A stretch of DNA of 49,901 nt from Patescibacteria group bacterium (GCA_038058745.1 JBBUAI010000014.1:1-49901); one strand, 5' to 3'; shown: positions 9,464 to 19,019, counted from the first letter of the stretch. Numbers and translations are program-made. Notes: generated by a model not told the origin, from the sequence alone.

Positions 9464-10432
9464 TTATATTTTGAACGCCTCGATATATTTGTCCGCCGTC
9501 TCTTTTAATGTGGGGTTGCTGATTTTATCCTGATATTGCCGGTAATTTTTAGCCACTTCGTCTATGGCTTTAAGTGCCTCCTCATTCGTGGTAAAACCAG
9601 CCCCACCCTCCTTTACAAGTTCCAGGTGGCCGCCGGATTTGAGGAATACCGCGGGCAGTCCACAGGTCAAGGCTTCAACTAGGGCGTTGGAGCACGGGTC
9701 ATCCTGGCTGGGGGCGATGTAAATGTCACGCTGACGGAGAATTTGGGCCAACTCTTCCGAAGGCACGGGCTCTATCACTTTTGCTCCCTTGAATTCGGCG
9801 TGAGTGCGGCCGACGAATGTAAGCTCATATCTGGTGTGGTCCAAATGCTCATCGAGCCAAGAGAGGAGAGGCCCGCCCTTTCTGGGATTGTCAGACCAGG
9901 CGGTGGCTATGAGTTTTATTTTCCTCTTGCCGTCGGGAGGGGCAAGGCGGCCGCGCCGGTGGAAAATATCCGGGTCGCAGGCATTGAGTATGATGTACGG
10001 CTCCTTGAAGACAAGGCCGAGTTCAAGATATTTATTGTAAGAGTATTGAGAGATGAAAATGGTGGCGTCGGCGTATTCGCCATTAAGCGCCCATAAATCA
10101 TGGTCTATTTGAATATCTTCTCCGCGGTACACCCCTATTGGTCCGGCCAGCCGTTGTATCATGTGAGCATTGAATTTCTTCCTGCATTTTTTGAGTTTCT
10201 CTTTATCGAATTCAAAAGAGTTAAAGAGACCGACCTTGGTATTTTTGCCCACGGTATTGTTGCCGACATCGTAGCCGTGCGTCTTCAATTCTTTCGTAAG
10301 CGCGAGCAGAAACTGATTCCCGCCGCCGTACGGGGGCTTCTGGAATTTGTGGAAAATGGTAATTTCCGGCCCGCCCGCCCGCCGGTAGGCAAGGTTTATG
10401 AAGTGACTAAGTTTTTGAAAAATGCTTTCCAT
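9464..10432 (-). CDS. GT4-type glycosyltransferase
   Basis: 322-aa ORF with DDPCSNALVEALTCGLPAVFLKSGGHLELV (GT-B EX7E region). Confidence 0.8.
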   Translation of the reverse strand: MESIFQKLSHFINLAYRRAGGPEITIFHKFQKPPYGGGNQFLLALTKELKTHGYDVGNNTVGKNTKVGLFNSFEFDKEKLKKCRKKFNAHMIQRLAGPIGVYRGEDIQIDHDLWALNGEYADATIFISQYSYNKYLELGLVFKEPYIILNACDPDIFHRRGRLAPPDGKRKIKLIATAWSDNPRKGGPLLSWLDEHLDHTRYELTFVGRTHAEFKGAKVIEPVPSEELAQILRQRDIYIAPSQDDPCSNALVEALTCGLPAVFLKSGGHLELVKEGGAGFTTNEEALKAIDEVAKNYRQYQDKISNPTLKETADKYIEAFKI

Positions 10433-11439
10433 AAAGGCAATTGGCTCTCGAAGTTATTTTCCTCGGCCGTCTTCTTGCCCTCTTTTACCAGTTTCTCGCT
10501 TAATCCACTGTTGTTGAGAAGCTCTAAAGAGGCCTCATATAGCCCTTTTATGTCATCTACAGGAACCATCATAGCATTTTCGCCGCTCTTTACTAAGTCT
10601 TTGCATTGGCCGACTTCCGTCGTTACCAGAGGTACGCCCTTGGCCATTGATTGAAGACACGCCTTTGGTCCGCCCTCTTCACGCGAAGTGATTATATAAA
10701 GGTCTATAGCATCGAAAAATTCGGCGATTTTATTTGAGTTATTGGCGTATCGATGAGCATAGGGAACCCCAATTTTTTCCAATCCGTTTTTGACGAAGCC
10801 CCTGGCCGGACCAGAAAGAAGCACCCACAAATTCGGCACCTGACTTTTAAGCTTCTCAATGACTTTCAAGAATGTGTCAGGGCCTTTAATAAGCTTGGGT
10901 TCCATGCCTTCTCCCCAGCCGACGCCATCTTTCTGGAAGGAGCCGATAACCACGGCATCGTCCGGAATACCAAGCTTAACTCTCATATTGCGCCTGGACT
11001 CTCTAGTCGCAGGAGTAAAGACATTTGTGTCGACGGGTATAGGTATCCGCATTACCTTGTCCGGATTGATACCGGTAGATTTTATAAGCCCCTCCATCTC
11101 TTTGTTTGAAACCCGCACTCGCGAGAGCTTTTCATGGTTTTTTTGCAACGTCTCAAAACATTTTCTAAAACTCTCTTGCTGTTCCGGCTTGCCGTGGTAA
11201 TAATCTACAGATATGCGGTGCCTGAATTTGTAGACGGATTCGTCAATTAGAGAGAATTGGGAAGTGTAGTGCACCGCTTGGGGGATATTCCAAGGCGTTC
11301 TTCTCACAATGCGGGCTTTAATGCCAAGCTTTCGGGCAAATTCTTTGAGGTCTCTCGCATCGTCGTCAACGGACCAGTTCGCGTTATCTCCCACTATAAA
11401 AAGCCGGCTATATGGCTTGGAGAAGAGTGCTCTTAGCAT
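10396..11439 (-). CDS. GT4-type glycosyltransferase
   Basis: Motif EEGGPKACLQSMAKGVPLVTTEVGQCKDLV. I chose the internal start MLRALFSKPY (11439). The ORF-track start at 11502 would overlap the upstream carbamoyltransferase by 95 nt. Confidence 0.8.
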   Translation of the reverse strand: MLRALFSKPYSRLFIVGDNANWSVDDDARDLKEFARKLGIKARIVRRTPWNIPQAVHYTSQFSLIDESVYKFRHRISVDYYHGKPEQQESFRKCFETLQKNHEKLSRVRVSNKEMEGLIKSTGINPDKVMRIPIPVDTNVFTPATRESRRNMRVKLGIPDDAVVIGSFQKDGVGWGEGMEPKLIKGPDTFLKVIEKLKSQVPNLWVLLSGPARGFVKNGLEKIGVPYAHRYANNSNKIAEFFDAIDLYIITSREEGGPKACLQSMAKGVPLVTTEVGQCKDLVKSGENAMMVPVDDIKGLYEASLELLNNSGLSEKLVKEGKKTAEENNFESQLPLWKAFFKNLVTS

Positions 11440-13162
11440 GATTAGAGAATACCGTATTATCGATAATAACCAAATCCAGGTTGGTTTTGTCGAGCATTTC
11501 AAGCCCCACTTCGCAGAAGTTTAATATCGGTTCTCCGGCGGGGTTGAATGAAGTATTGAGGAAAATCGGGCAGCCGGAAAGCTTCTCGAATTCCTTCAAA
11601 GCGTCATAGATGAGCGGATTCTGGTCCCGGCGCACGGTCTGGATGCGAGCGCTGCCGTCGACATGGGTCACTGAAGGCAATTTGTCCCTGTATTCCTCGC
11701 GAGTATCGCAGATAACCGACATATAAGGCACAGGCCGGGGGTTGGTGAAGTATTTGTGCGAGTCTTCTCCCGTGACCATTGGGGCGAACGGCCGGTACCA
11801 TTCCCTGTGCTTAACCTTGTCATTCAGGATGTCACGCATATCGGAGTTTAGGGGATTGCAGAGGATGGAGCGGTTGCCGAGAGCGCGCGGACCGACCTCG
11901 TACCGGCCGTTTATGAACCCGACGATAAGATTTTCCGAAACTAGCTTGGCAAGTACGCGAGGCAAGGATTCTTTATCAATTTCTTTATGAGGATAGCGTT
12001 TTTTAAGTTCATCCAGATTGTCTTTATCAAACGCTTCCGAGCCGAGATAAGGAGAAAAGTATTCTTTGGTGCCGATAAATGATTTGTTATTTAATCCATA
12101 ATACGCGTACAAAGCTGCCCCGGATGCCAAGCCGCAATCCGAAGGATTTGGTATAAAGTGGGTTTGCTCGAATAATCCGCTTTTATCGATAATGTAATTA
12201 GTCGTGCCGTTGAGAGCGCACCCGCCTACCACGCACAGGTTTTTATTCCCTCCCTTGTTTTCCTTAATAAGCCGCATTACCTCTTCGGTCCAGGCATGCT
12301 GGACTGTCGCGGCCAGGTCTTGTGAATCTTTTTCTTTCGGCCCCGGCAGATGAAGCTCCGTATTTTTTATGATGCCAAGCCAGAGTTTCCAGCCGCTCTC
12401 GAACGGATATTTTCGTACCGTTAAGTATTTTTGAAGTTCAGGAATATCGCGGAGGCCCACGTCATTTATCCTGTGGCCCAAGCCGCGCTGTTGAAGACCT
12501 TCAAGTTTCGCGGTTGGGAATTTCTGGTATTTCAAAACATATTCGCGCGCGTAGGGGAGCCAGTTTTCGTGCACCTTGCCATAAGAAGTGAGGCCCATGG
12601 TTTTGCCCGAAGTGGTGCCCTCTATCTCGGGATTTATACCGAGGATGTAGCCCAAGTTGTTGTAGCTCTGGCCGAAGGCGATAGGAATATTGGCCAGATA
12701 TGAAAGCTTATTTTCTTTTGCCGTGAAGAATACCGTTCTGCCGTCATTGCCTATGCCGTCATAGGAGAGCACGAGAGCTTCGGAGAATGGGGAAGTGAAA
12801 TATGAGAGGGCGGCGTGCGAGAGATGGTGGTCTATGTGGTGGATTTCTTGATAAGTGATGCCCGCTTCCTTCAATAATATTTTAAGATTCTCGAATTCTT
12901 CTTTACGTCCCTGGTTCTGAACCGCAACGGCGTCGAAATTTGAACCCCATTCTTCCTTTACCAGATTCAAGAAAAGTTTCAAATCTTCCACATCGGTATA
13001 TTGAAAAGTGCTGGGGAATTTGCCTGGTTCCAAATGCTCCGCGGAAAGCTTGTAGCGTTTCTGGCGGAAATATCTTTCCGCTTCCATGACGGCCGTTATT
13101 TTGCCGTCTTCGATAAGGGCGAGGTTCGAGTCGTGTCCGAGTGATATGCCGAGTATTTTCAT
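11408..13162 (-). CDS. NodU/CmcH-family O-carbamoyltransferase
   Basis: 584 aa. N-terminus MKILGISLGHDSNLALIEDGKI. ASKHA-like region with HHLSHAA. C-terminal YrdC/Kae1-like part (VTHVDGSARIQTV, LNTSFN) is characteristic of the family. Confidence 0.9.
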   Translation of the reverse strand: MKILGISLGHDSNLALIEDGKITAVMEAERYFRQKRYKLSAEHLEPGKFPSTFQYTDVEDLKLFLNLVKEEWGSNFDAVAVQNQGRKEEFENLKILLKEAGITYQEIHHIDHHLSHAALSYFTSPFSEALVLSYDGIGNDGRTVFFTAKENKLSYLANIPIAFGQSYNNLGYILGINPEIEGTTSGKTMGLTSYGKVHENWLPYAREYVLKYQKFPTAKLEGLQQRGLGHRINDVGLRDIPELQKYLTVRKYPFESGWKLWLGIIKNTELHLPGPKEKDSQDLAATVQHAWTEEVMRLIKENKGGNKNLCVVGGCALNGTTNYIIDKSGLFEQTHFIPNPSDCGLASGAALYAYYGLNNKSFIGTKEYFSPYLGSEAFDKDNLDELKKRYPHKEIDKESLPRVLAKLVSENLIVGFINGRYEVGPRALGNRSILCNPLNSDMRDILNDKVKHREWYRPFAPMVTGEDSHKYFTNPRPVPYMSVICDTREEYRDKLPSVTHVDGSARIQTVRRDQNPLIYDALKEFEKLSGCPIFLNTSFNPAGEPILNFCEVGLEMLDKTNLDLVIIDNTVFSNHAKSTLLQAI

Positions 13163-13184
13163 TTTTTATAGTGAGTTTATCGAA

Positions 13185-13835
13185 CTATTTCGTAAGGATT
13201 ATACCGTATCCGGTTGTCCAGGCGGTAAGCTGGGGTGCGACAGTTTTCTTGTCGAGCCACATCAAAAATTTTATGAGAGGGAACTGGACAGGCCGCCATG
13301 ATACGCCCTTGGCGAGGAAAAGATGCTGAAGCATTAAGCCGGCTACCGCAAATATTGTTCCCTGTCTTTCAATTTCCATTATTTTAAACCCGGCATCTCC
13401 GGAGGCATTCTTCCAGAACGCTTCCGTATATCGCCCATAGTCGTGCGGGTCTGCATGGATGCCGACCATAAAGGGTACTGTAATCAGGGCAATACCCCCC
13501 GGTTTTAACAGGCGATGTGCCTCTTTCAAGGCCTTCTTCGGCTCAGGCACATGTTCCAAGAGTTCCCCCATAATGACGATATCGCAGTAACTGTCCGGGA
13601 TGGGGATTTGCGCGGCATCGCTCACTATATCAGGATTCGTGGTGCGGTCGATATTAACGTATTTTACTTCCGCGCCGTAAATGCCAATGTCGAAAAGTCC
13701 TCGTTTGTTATCCTTTTTCCCGCCGATGTCAACAATTTTTTTTCCGGGACTAAAAAGCTTTTTATGGGAAAAGAAAAATCCGTCCACGAAATGGCGGCGC
13801 ACGGAGACGGAAAGAGATGTGCGTTCCTTACTCAT
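13185..13835 (-). CDS. Class I SAM-dependent methyltransferase
   Basis: Motif I IVDIGG, then IVIMGELLEHV, then LKPGGIALITVP (Methyltransf_11-like). Confidence 0.85.
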   Translation of the reverse strand: MSKERTSLSVSVRRHFVDGFFFSHKKLFSPGKKIVDIGGKKDNKRGLFDIGIYGAEVKYVNIDRTTNPDIVSDAAQIPIPDSYCDIVIMGELLEHVPEPKKALKEAHRLLKPGGIALITVPFMVGIHADPHDYGRYTEAFWKNASGDAGFKIMEIERQGTIFAVAGLMLQHLFLAKGVSWRPVQFPLIKFLMWLDKKTVAPQLTAWTTGYGIILTK

Positions 13836-15111
13836 TTTTTGCCATCAGGCGGCGCGCTTCCACCTCCCAAATTAAGAGGCCTAAGACGGCATTGGCGACA
13901 TTTGCCAAAACGCTTGCCAATACCAAGCCCCAAATCTGCCACATAAAGCCCATGATGATAAAAAGCGCGATGCGGACAATATGGCTCGTCAGATTGAACG
14001 CGTACATGGCCTTAATCATATTCTGCGCCGAAAAAACGCTGCCGAAGTAGACACTCACCGGCGTTACGATTACAGCGAGAGAAAGTACCCGAGAATACGT
14101 GACGGCATCAAGATAGCGCGGCAAAAATATTTTGAAAAGAAGCGGTACCAGAAACCAGTAACAAGCAAATAATGCTATGCCTGAAAGGAGAAGAATCGCC
14201 AGTCGCTTGTAAACTATCTCATGTATCTGGATAAGAGACCTCCTAGCTAGCCGGGGCAGGGCGATAGTGCCAGTATTCTTTATGAGACTTTTTAGCCGGT
14301 CCGGTCCGGCTAAAGCAAAGGTATAAACTGCCAGTGCGGCCGGTCCCGCCGCTTGGAAAAGGATGACACGGTCAATATATGAAGCAATCACGCCTATAAT
14401 ACCGGCGCCTGTGAAATGCAAGGATGTGCGCTTAAATTCCGCTACCTCTCCCGGTTTGGGAGAAGCTTTAATATTTTTGGTTACTGATTTGTAAACCAAA
14501 AAATTGGGCACGAAAGACATGATGGTATAAAGAGCGATAAGGATAAGGATATTGTCTGTAAGATAAAGCACTAAGACGGTAGCGGCCGCTCCGGTTACGG
14601 TAATAAGATTGGTAATCCGGCTTAAAATGTTGAAACACTTTCTGCCGGTCAGAACTTCTTTGTATATATGGAAAGCATCGGCGATCGGGTAAGCCAGAGA
14701 GAGGAGCGCCAAGGAGAAGGCAAAAAGCCCGTTGCCTTTATAACCGTAATAAGCGGCGACTATTAAGATAAGGGCTGCCGACAGGGAGTTATATTTGAGC
14801 TGAAGCGTGAGCGCGTAATGAGCGAGGTTATCGAAACCTCTGGCTGTGGCGCGCACCACGGCAGGGCCGGCGCCTGATAGGGTGAGAAAGGATAAAGAAG
14901 CCCCAAGAGACAAAAGATAGCTGTAAGTGCCGTAAGTCTCTCGGGACAAGAGGTTGCCGAACGCCACCATTGTTACCAAGGAACCCAAGATGCCCACGAC
15001 GAAAGAAAGAGTAATCCAAGAGCTGCCTTTGGCCAAATAGAGCATATCAAATTTGAACAGCCGCTCGCCCGAATGCAATGCCTGAAGCCCCTTATTTTTA
15101 AGGTTTTCCAT
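13828..15111 (-). CDS. Polysaccharide/oligosaccharide flippase (MOP/Wzx-like)
   Basis: 427-aa polytopic membrane protein with hydrophobic helices throughout. It is the first gene of the minus-strand glycosyltransferase operon. The layout is typical of Wzx/RfbX flippases. Confidence 0.75.
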   Translation of the reverse strand: MENLKNKGLQALHSGERLFKFDMLYLAKGSSWITLSFVVGILGSLVTMVAFGNLLSRETYGTYSYLLSLGASLSFLTLSGAGPAVVRATARGFDNLAHYALTLQLKYNSLSAALILIVAAYYGYKGNGLFAFSLALLSLAYPIADAFHIYKEVLTGRKCFNILSRITNLITVTGAAATVLVLYLTDNILILIALYTIMSFVPNFLVYKSVTKNIKASPKPGEVAEFKRTSLHFTGAGIIGVIASYIDRVILFQAAGPAALAVYTFALAGPDRLKSLIKNTGTIALPRLARRSLIQIHEIVYKRLAILLLSGIALFACYWFLVPLLFKIFLPRYLDAVTYSRVLSLAVIVTPVSVYFGSVFSAQNMIKAMYAFNLTSHIVRIALFIIMGFMWQIWGLVLASVLANVANAVLGLLIWEVEARRLMAKNE

Positions 15112-15121
15112 ATGGCTTTAC

Positions 15122-15138
15122 TGTGCTATCCTAGCACA
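15122..15138. promoter_or_regulatory. 7-bp inverted repeat (TGTGCTA-tcc-TAGCACA) in the 28-bp divergent intergenic gap
   Basis: Perfect inverted repeat read directly from the sequence. It lies between the flippase start (15111, -) and the KdsC-like start (15140, +). Confidence 0.3.
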
Positions 15139-15139
15139 C

Positions 15140-15664
15140 ATGCGAAGCCCTAAAAATTTCATTATTGACGTCGACGGCGTGATGACAGACGGCCGCTTTT
15201 ACTACACTGCAGAGGGCAAGGTAATGAAGGCCTTTGGTTCAGACGACCATGACGGTCTCCTGCTACTGAAACCGTATATGAACATCATTTTCGTGTCGGG
15301 CGACAGGAAGGGATTCGAGATAACCAAGAAAAGAATCGCTGATGATATGAAGTTTTCCCTTGAATTGGTGAGCACGGTAGGGCGGGTGGAGTGGATGCGA
15401 GAGAAGGGATTTAAACCGGAAGAATCCGTTTATATGGGCGATGGCATATTTGATGCTATTGTCTTCGATAAGGTCGGGTATGCCATAGCTCCTGCCAATA
15501 CTTTTTTTACTACGAAAAAGCATGCCGACTTCATCACTCAATCAGCCGGAGGCCACGGCGCGGTTGGCGAAGCCTGCATCCATCTTTTGAAAAAGTTCTT
15601 TAAACCGTTTGACCCTCTGAATTTCGAATTGGAAAAATCAAGCGGCGAGTGGAGTAATAAATGA
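15140..15664 (+). CDS. HAD-IIIA phosphatase, KdsC/YrbI family (sugar-acid or ketose phosphate phosphatase)
   Basis: FIIDVDGVMTDGRFYY...KAF...DG...VYMGDGIFDAIVFDKVGYAIAPAN...GGHGAVGEAC is collinear with E. coli KdsC (LDVDGVLSDG...KAFNVRDG...GDDLID...GGRGAVRE). Confidence 0.85.
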   Translation: MRSPKNFIIDVDGVMTDGRFYYTAEGKVMKAFGSDDHDGLLLLKPYMNIIFVSGDRKGFEITKKRIADDMKFSLELVSTVGRVEWMREKGFKPEESVYMGDGIFDAIVFDKVGYAIAPANTFFTTKKHADFITQSAGGHGAVGEACIHLLKKFFKPFDPLNFELEKSSGEWSNK

Positions 15665-17256
15665 AAAAGTCCAAATCACAATATAAAGTCTGCATTTTGG
15701 CGGCCGGAGCGGGAGCGGCCATGGACCATCTATCCGAGCACGTTAATCGCGCCGTCTTGCCGGTCAACAATAAGGCCGTCATTTCATATATCGTTGAAAA
15801 ATTTCCGAAAGGAACGGAGTTTGTGGTGGCGGTCGGGCACAAGAAAGAGACGGTTATAGATTATCTGAAACTCGCCCACCCGGAAAGGAAATTTACCTTT
15901 GTCGTTATCAAAAAATTTACCGGCCCGGGCACCGGTCCTGGCGCCTCCCTTCTCACTTGCCGGAAATATTTGCAAAGCCCATTTGTATTCTCGACGGCCG
16001 ACACTATCGTAACTGAAGACATACCGGCACCGGAGGTCAACTGGATGGGTATCGCGCCGGTGCGCGATACGGAGCATTATTGCACGATTAAAATCAGGAA
16101 TAATTCCATCTACCAGCTCGACGACAAGGTTAAGACCGACAATCACTTCGCCTTCATTGGTCTCGCCGGTGTGAAGGACCACAAGGATTTCTTCAGGGCG
16201 CTGGAATTGGACAAAAAAGCCATTGCCGGCGAAATCCAGGTTTCGAACGGCTTCAAGGCCCTAATCGAGAAGCACTTGGTGCCAGTGGGCTTTACCTGGT
16301 TTGATACCGGACACTTGGAGAATTACATCGAGACGAACAAAAATTTCTCCGGCGAAGCTAAGTTCGACTTCAGCAAATCGAACGAATTCCTCTATTTCGT
16401 CAATGGCCGCGTCATAAAATTTTTCGCTGACAAGAGCATTACCGACAAACGCCACGTCCGGGCTAAGAACGGGCTTCGAGGGCTGACGCCGAAAATAGAA
16501 GCCAGGCGCGGGCATTTCTATTCATATAAGAGAGTGGAAGGGCATACGCTCTACAGCATCTTGAATGCGAGTCTGGCGGGAGAATTTCTGCTTTGGGCCA
16601 AGAAGCATCTTTGGAAGAAGCTGAAGCTCTCTAAGAAGCAGCAAAAGGCATTCCAAGAAGCGGTGGTCAAATTCTACAAGCATAAGACGGAAGAAAGGGT
16701 GGCCGCTTTCGAAAAGAAAAAGAATCAGAAAGAAGCGGTGCTTATCAACGGCGCCAAAGTGCCTTCGACCAAAGAATTGTTAAAGAAGATAGATTGGGAA
16801 CATCTGACTCACGGCGAACCCGTAAACTTCCACGGCGATTTGCAATTCGACAATATTCTGGTCAACCCGAAAGCCAGGAATGCCAAGGGTAAATTCATCC
16901 TGCTTGACTGGCGGCACGAATTCGGTGGCATGATCGAGGCGGGCGACCTTTATTACGATTTGGCCAAGCTCTACGGCGGCATGGTTATTTCTTACCCTCT
17001 CATCAAGGAAGGGATGTTCTCGGCCAATACGGATGGCAAGGAAGCGTTCTATCATTACTTCGTGAAGAACGACCTCATAGAAGCGCGGGAGCATTATGAA
17101 GAATTTCTGCTCGCGAACGGCTATGATTTGAAAAAAGTCAAGATTCTGACCGCCATCATTTTTCTCAACATGGCGCCTCTCCACAATGCTCCGTTCGACG
17201 AAATGCTCTCGCACATGGGCCGCAAGATGCTTCATAAAACGCTAGAGATGCGATAA
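15661..17256 (+). CDS. Bifunctional sugar-phosphate nucleotidyltransferase / APH-type (choline or sugar) kinase fusion
   Basis: The N-terminal roughly 230 aa is NTP-transferase-like (KVCILAAGAGAAM...LPVNNK). The C-terminus carries the kinase Brenner motif HGDLQFDNILV and LLDWRHEFG, as in LicA/AmgK-type kinases. Confidence 0.75.
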   Translation: MKKSKSQYKVCILAAGAGAAMDHLSEHVNRAVLPVNNKAVISYIVEKFPKGTEFVVAVGHKKETVIDYLKLAHPERKFTFVVIKKFTGPGTGPGASLLTCRKYLQSPFVFSTADTIVTEDIPAPEVNWMGIAPVRDTEHYCTIKIRNNSIYQLDDKVKTDNHFAFIGLAGVKDHKDFFRALELDKKAIAGEIQVSNGFKALIEKHLVPVGFTWFDTGHLENYIETNKNFSGEAKFDFSKSNEFLYFVNGRVIKFFADKSITDKRHVRAKNGLRGLTPKIEARRGHFYSYKRVEGHTLYSILNASLAGEFLLWAKKHLWKKLKLSKKQQKAFQEAVVKFYKHKTEERVAAFEKKKNQKEAVLINGAKVPSTKELLKKIDWEHLTHGEPVNFHGDLQFDNILVNPKARNAKGKFILLDWRHEFGGMIEAGDLYYDLAKLYGGMVISYPLIKEGMFSANTDGKEAFYHYFVKNDLIEAREHYEEFLLANGYDLKKVKILTAIIFLNMAPLHNAPFDEMLSHMGRKMLHKTLEMR

Positions 17257-17262
17257 GGTAGA

Positions 17263-18279
17263 ATGATGCAAAATAAAGGGACAGAAAATCCCCAACTGGC
17301 CTTGGGACCGATGAGTTCGGAAATCATCGAGGCGGTGTTCTATTATTCAAATTTCTTCCGTAAGCCTTTGATGCTTATCGCTTCCAAGAACCAGATAGAC
17401 CATGCCGGCGGCTACGTCAACGGCTGGACCACTGACGAGTATATGTATTTCATCAAAAATATGAGGAAGCAGTATCCCTTGGCCTCGGTTAAGATTTGCC
17501 GAGACCATTGCGGTCCCGGTTTCAACGGCAGTCATGATATCAAAGACGTTTATCGCACCATTAGAACGGATATTAGGGCGGGCTTTGACCTCATGCATAT
17601 AGACTTCTGCATGTATCAGGGCTCTCAAAGCGAAAGATTGGAAGCAGCCAGGAAGGCGGTCGAATATTGTCTTGAGCTAAATCCTGATATAGAGCTCGAG
17701 ATCGGCACGGACGAGAATCAGGGCACTAATTACAGTTTGCCGAACATTAGGGAATGGGAAAGAGAAATAGACTTTTTCCAAAAGTTTTGCAAACCAACAT
17801 TTTATGTAATTCAGACTGGAAGTTTGGTTATGGAAATAAACCAGGTGGGCAATTTCAATAAATCCTTTGTCGAAAAAGTCTCCAAGCTCATACGTGCTAA
17901 AGGGCTTAAGCTTAAAGAGCATAATGCTGATTATTTGTCTAAAGAAGAAATTCGCGACAGAATAGGTTTAGTGGATGCCATGAACGTTGCGCCGCAATTA
18001 GGAGTTATCCAAACCCTGACGGTGCTTAGCCGAGCCCGGATATATGGCGTGAAGATTGATGATTTCCTGGAAGAATCCTACGAAGGCGGCAAGTGGAAGA
18101 AATGGATGAAGAACAACGGCCCGGAAAATAAAATGCTCTGCGCCATTATCGCCGGGCATTACCACTTCGCCTCGCCGGCTTATCAAGCGATAATCCGAGA
18201 GCTTGAGGAGAGGGAGGACATCAAAGAGACGATTATCAACTCTATTTTAAGTGTGATTAAGCACTATGTCGGGAAATAA
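17263..18279 (+). CDS. GatZ/KbaZ-family TIM-barrel protein (tagatose-bisphosphate aldolase accessory / ketose-6-P epimerase family)
   Basis: LMLIASKNQIDHAGGYVNGWTTDEY and ICRDHCGPGF parallel the GatZ/AgaZ segments [23 protein letters not shown] and LGGDHLGP. Confidence 0.55.
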   Translation: MMQNKGTENPQLALGPMSSEIIEAVFYYSNFFRKPLMLIASKNQIDHAGGYVNGWTTDEYMYFIKNMRKQYPLASVKICRDHCGPGFNGSHDIKDVYRTIRTDIRAGFDLMHIDFCMYQGSQSERLEAARKAVEYCLELNPDIELEIGTDENQGTNYSLPNIREWEREIDFFQKFCKPTFYVIQTGSLVMEINQVGNFNKSFVEKVSKLIRAKGLKLKEHNADYLSKEEIRDRIGLVDAMNVAPQLGVIQTLTVLSRARIYGVKIDDFLEESYEGGKWKKWMKNNGPENKMLCAIIAGHYHFASPAYQAIIRELEEREDIKETIINSILSVIKHYVGK

Positions 18280-18572
18280 AACAATTCTTATAACCGGTTC
18301 AAGTCGTGGTATCGGCGCTGCTACCGCGTGTCTGGCTAAGAAATACGGAGCAAATAAATAACGCAGGGATAAGCATTTCTAAGCCATTTTTAGAATTAAC
18401 TCAGAAAGATTGGACCGAAAGAATATACAATCAAATCAAGGAGGTACCTCTCGACCGAGCCGCCAAGCTGGAAGAAATCGCGGAAATCATCTTATTTGCA
18501 GCAAGCGACAAGGCAAGCTATATTAACGGCCAGACAATTATCGCCGATGGCGGTTACAGCATAAGGAGCTGA
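18266..18572 (+). pseudogene. Decayed short-chain dehydrogenase/reductase (SDR) remnant
   Basis: ATG 18266 gives MSGNKTILITGSSRGIGAATACLAKKYGANK*, which has the Rossmann TGxxxGIG motif and stops at 18359-18361. Another frame continues INNAGISI...TQKDW...VPLDRAAKLEEIAEIILFAASDKASYINGQTIIADGGY. The central part with the catalytic Ser/Tyr/Lys is missing. Confidence 0.7.
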
Positions 18573-18574
18573 CT

Positions 18575-18961
18575 ATGTTCGAAAGCAAGCCCTTCAAGGT
18601 GGTAACCAAGCCATGGGGAAGGGAAATCTGGCTTGAGTTGAATGACCGCTACTGCTACAAACGTATCTTTGTGAACGCTGGCACTAGGACGAGCTTCCAG
18701 TACCACGACAAGAAGTACGAGACCAACTACATCATCTCTGGCGAGGCCGAGGTCTGGCTCGAGAACGTCCATGGCGTGGTGGAGAAATTCCGGGTGAAAG
18801 AAGGGGACTTCTTCAACGTCCCGCCGCCGAGGAAACACAGGATCATCGCTTTGACAGACCTCATCCTCCAGGAGGTCTCGACTCCGGAAGTCGACGACGT
18901 CATTCGCATTGCAGACGACGCGGGCCGCGGCGACGGGCGCATCGAGAGTGAACACAAGTAA
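18575..18961 (+). CDS. Cupin-fold sugar-phosphate isomerase (type II phosphomannose-isomerase-like)
   Basis: KPWGREIWLELNDRYCYKRIFVNAGTRTSFQYHDKKYETNYIISGEAEV...HRI...QEVSTPEVDDVIRIADDAGR matches the PMI type II cupin pattern (KPWG..E.W...K.I.V..G...S.Q.H..R.E...V..G). Confidence 0.8.
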   Translation: MFESKPFKVVTKPWGREIWLELNDRYCYKRIFVNAGTRTSFQYHDKKYETNYIISGEAEVWLENVHGVVEKFRVKEGDFFNVPPPRKHRIIALTDLILQEVSTPEVDDVIRIADDAGRGDGRIESEHK

Positions 18962-18983
18962 GAAGAAAGGAAAAAGAAAACCA

Positions 18984-19019
18984 GGGCGGTAGTGTTGCGT
19001 GCAACGCTACCGCCCTTTT
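18984..19019 (+). terminator. Rho-independent terminator after the cupin gene
   Basis: GGGCGGTAGTGTTGC-gt-GCAACGCTACCGCCC, a roughly 15-bp stem with one T.G pair, followed by TTTT. Confidence 0.75.
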
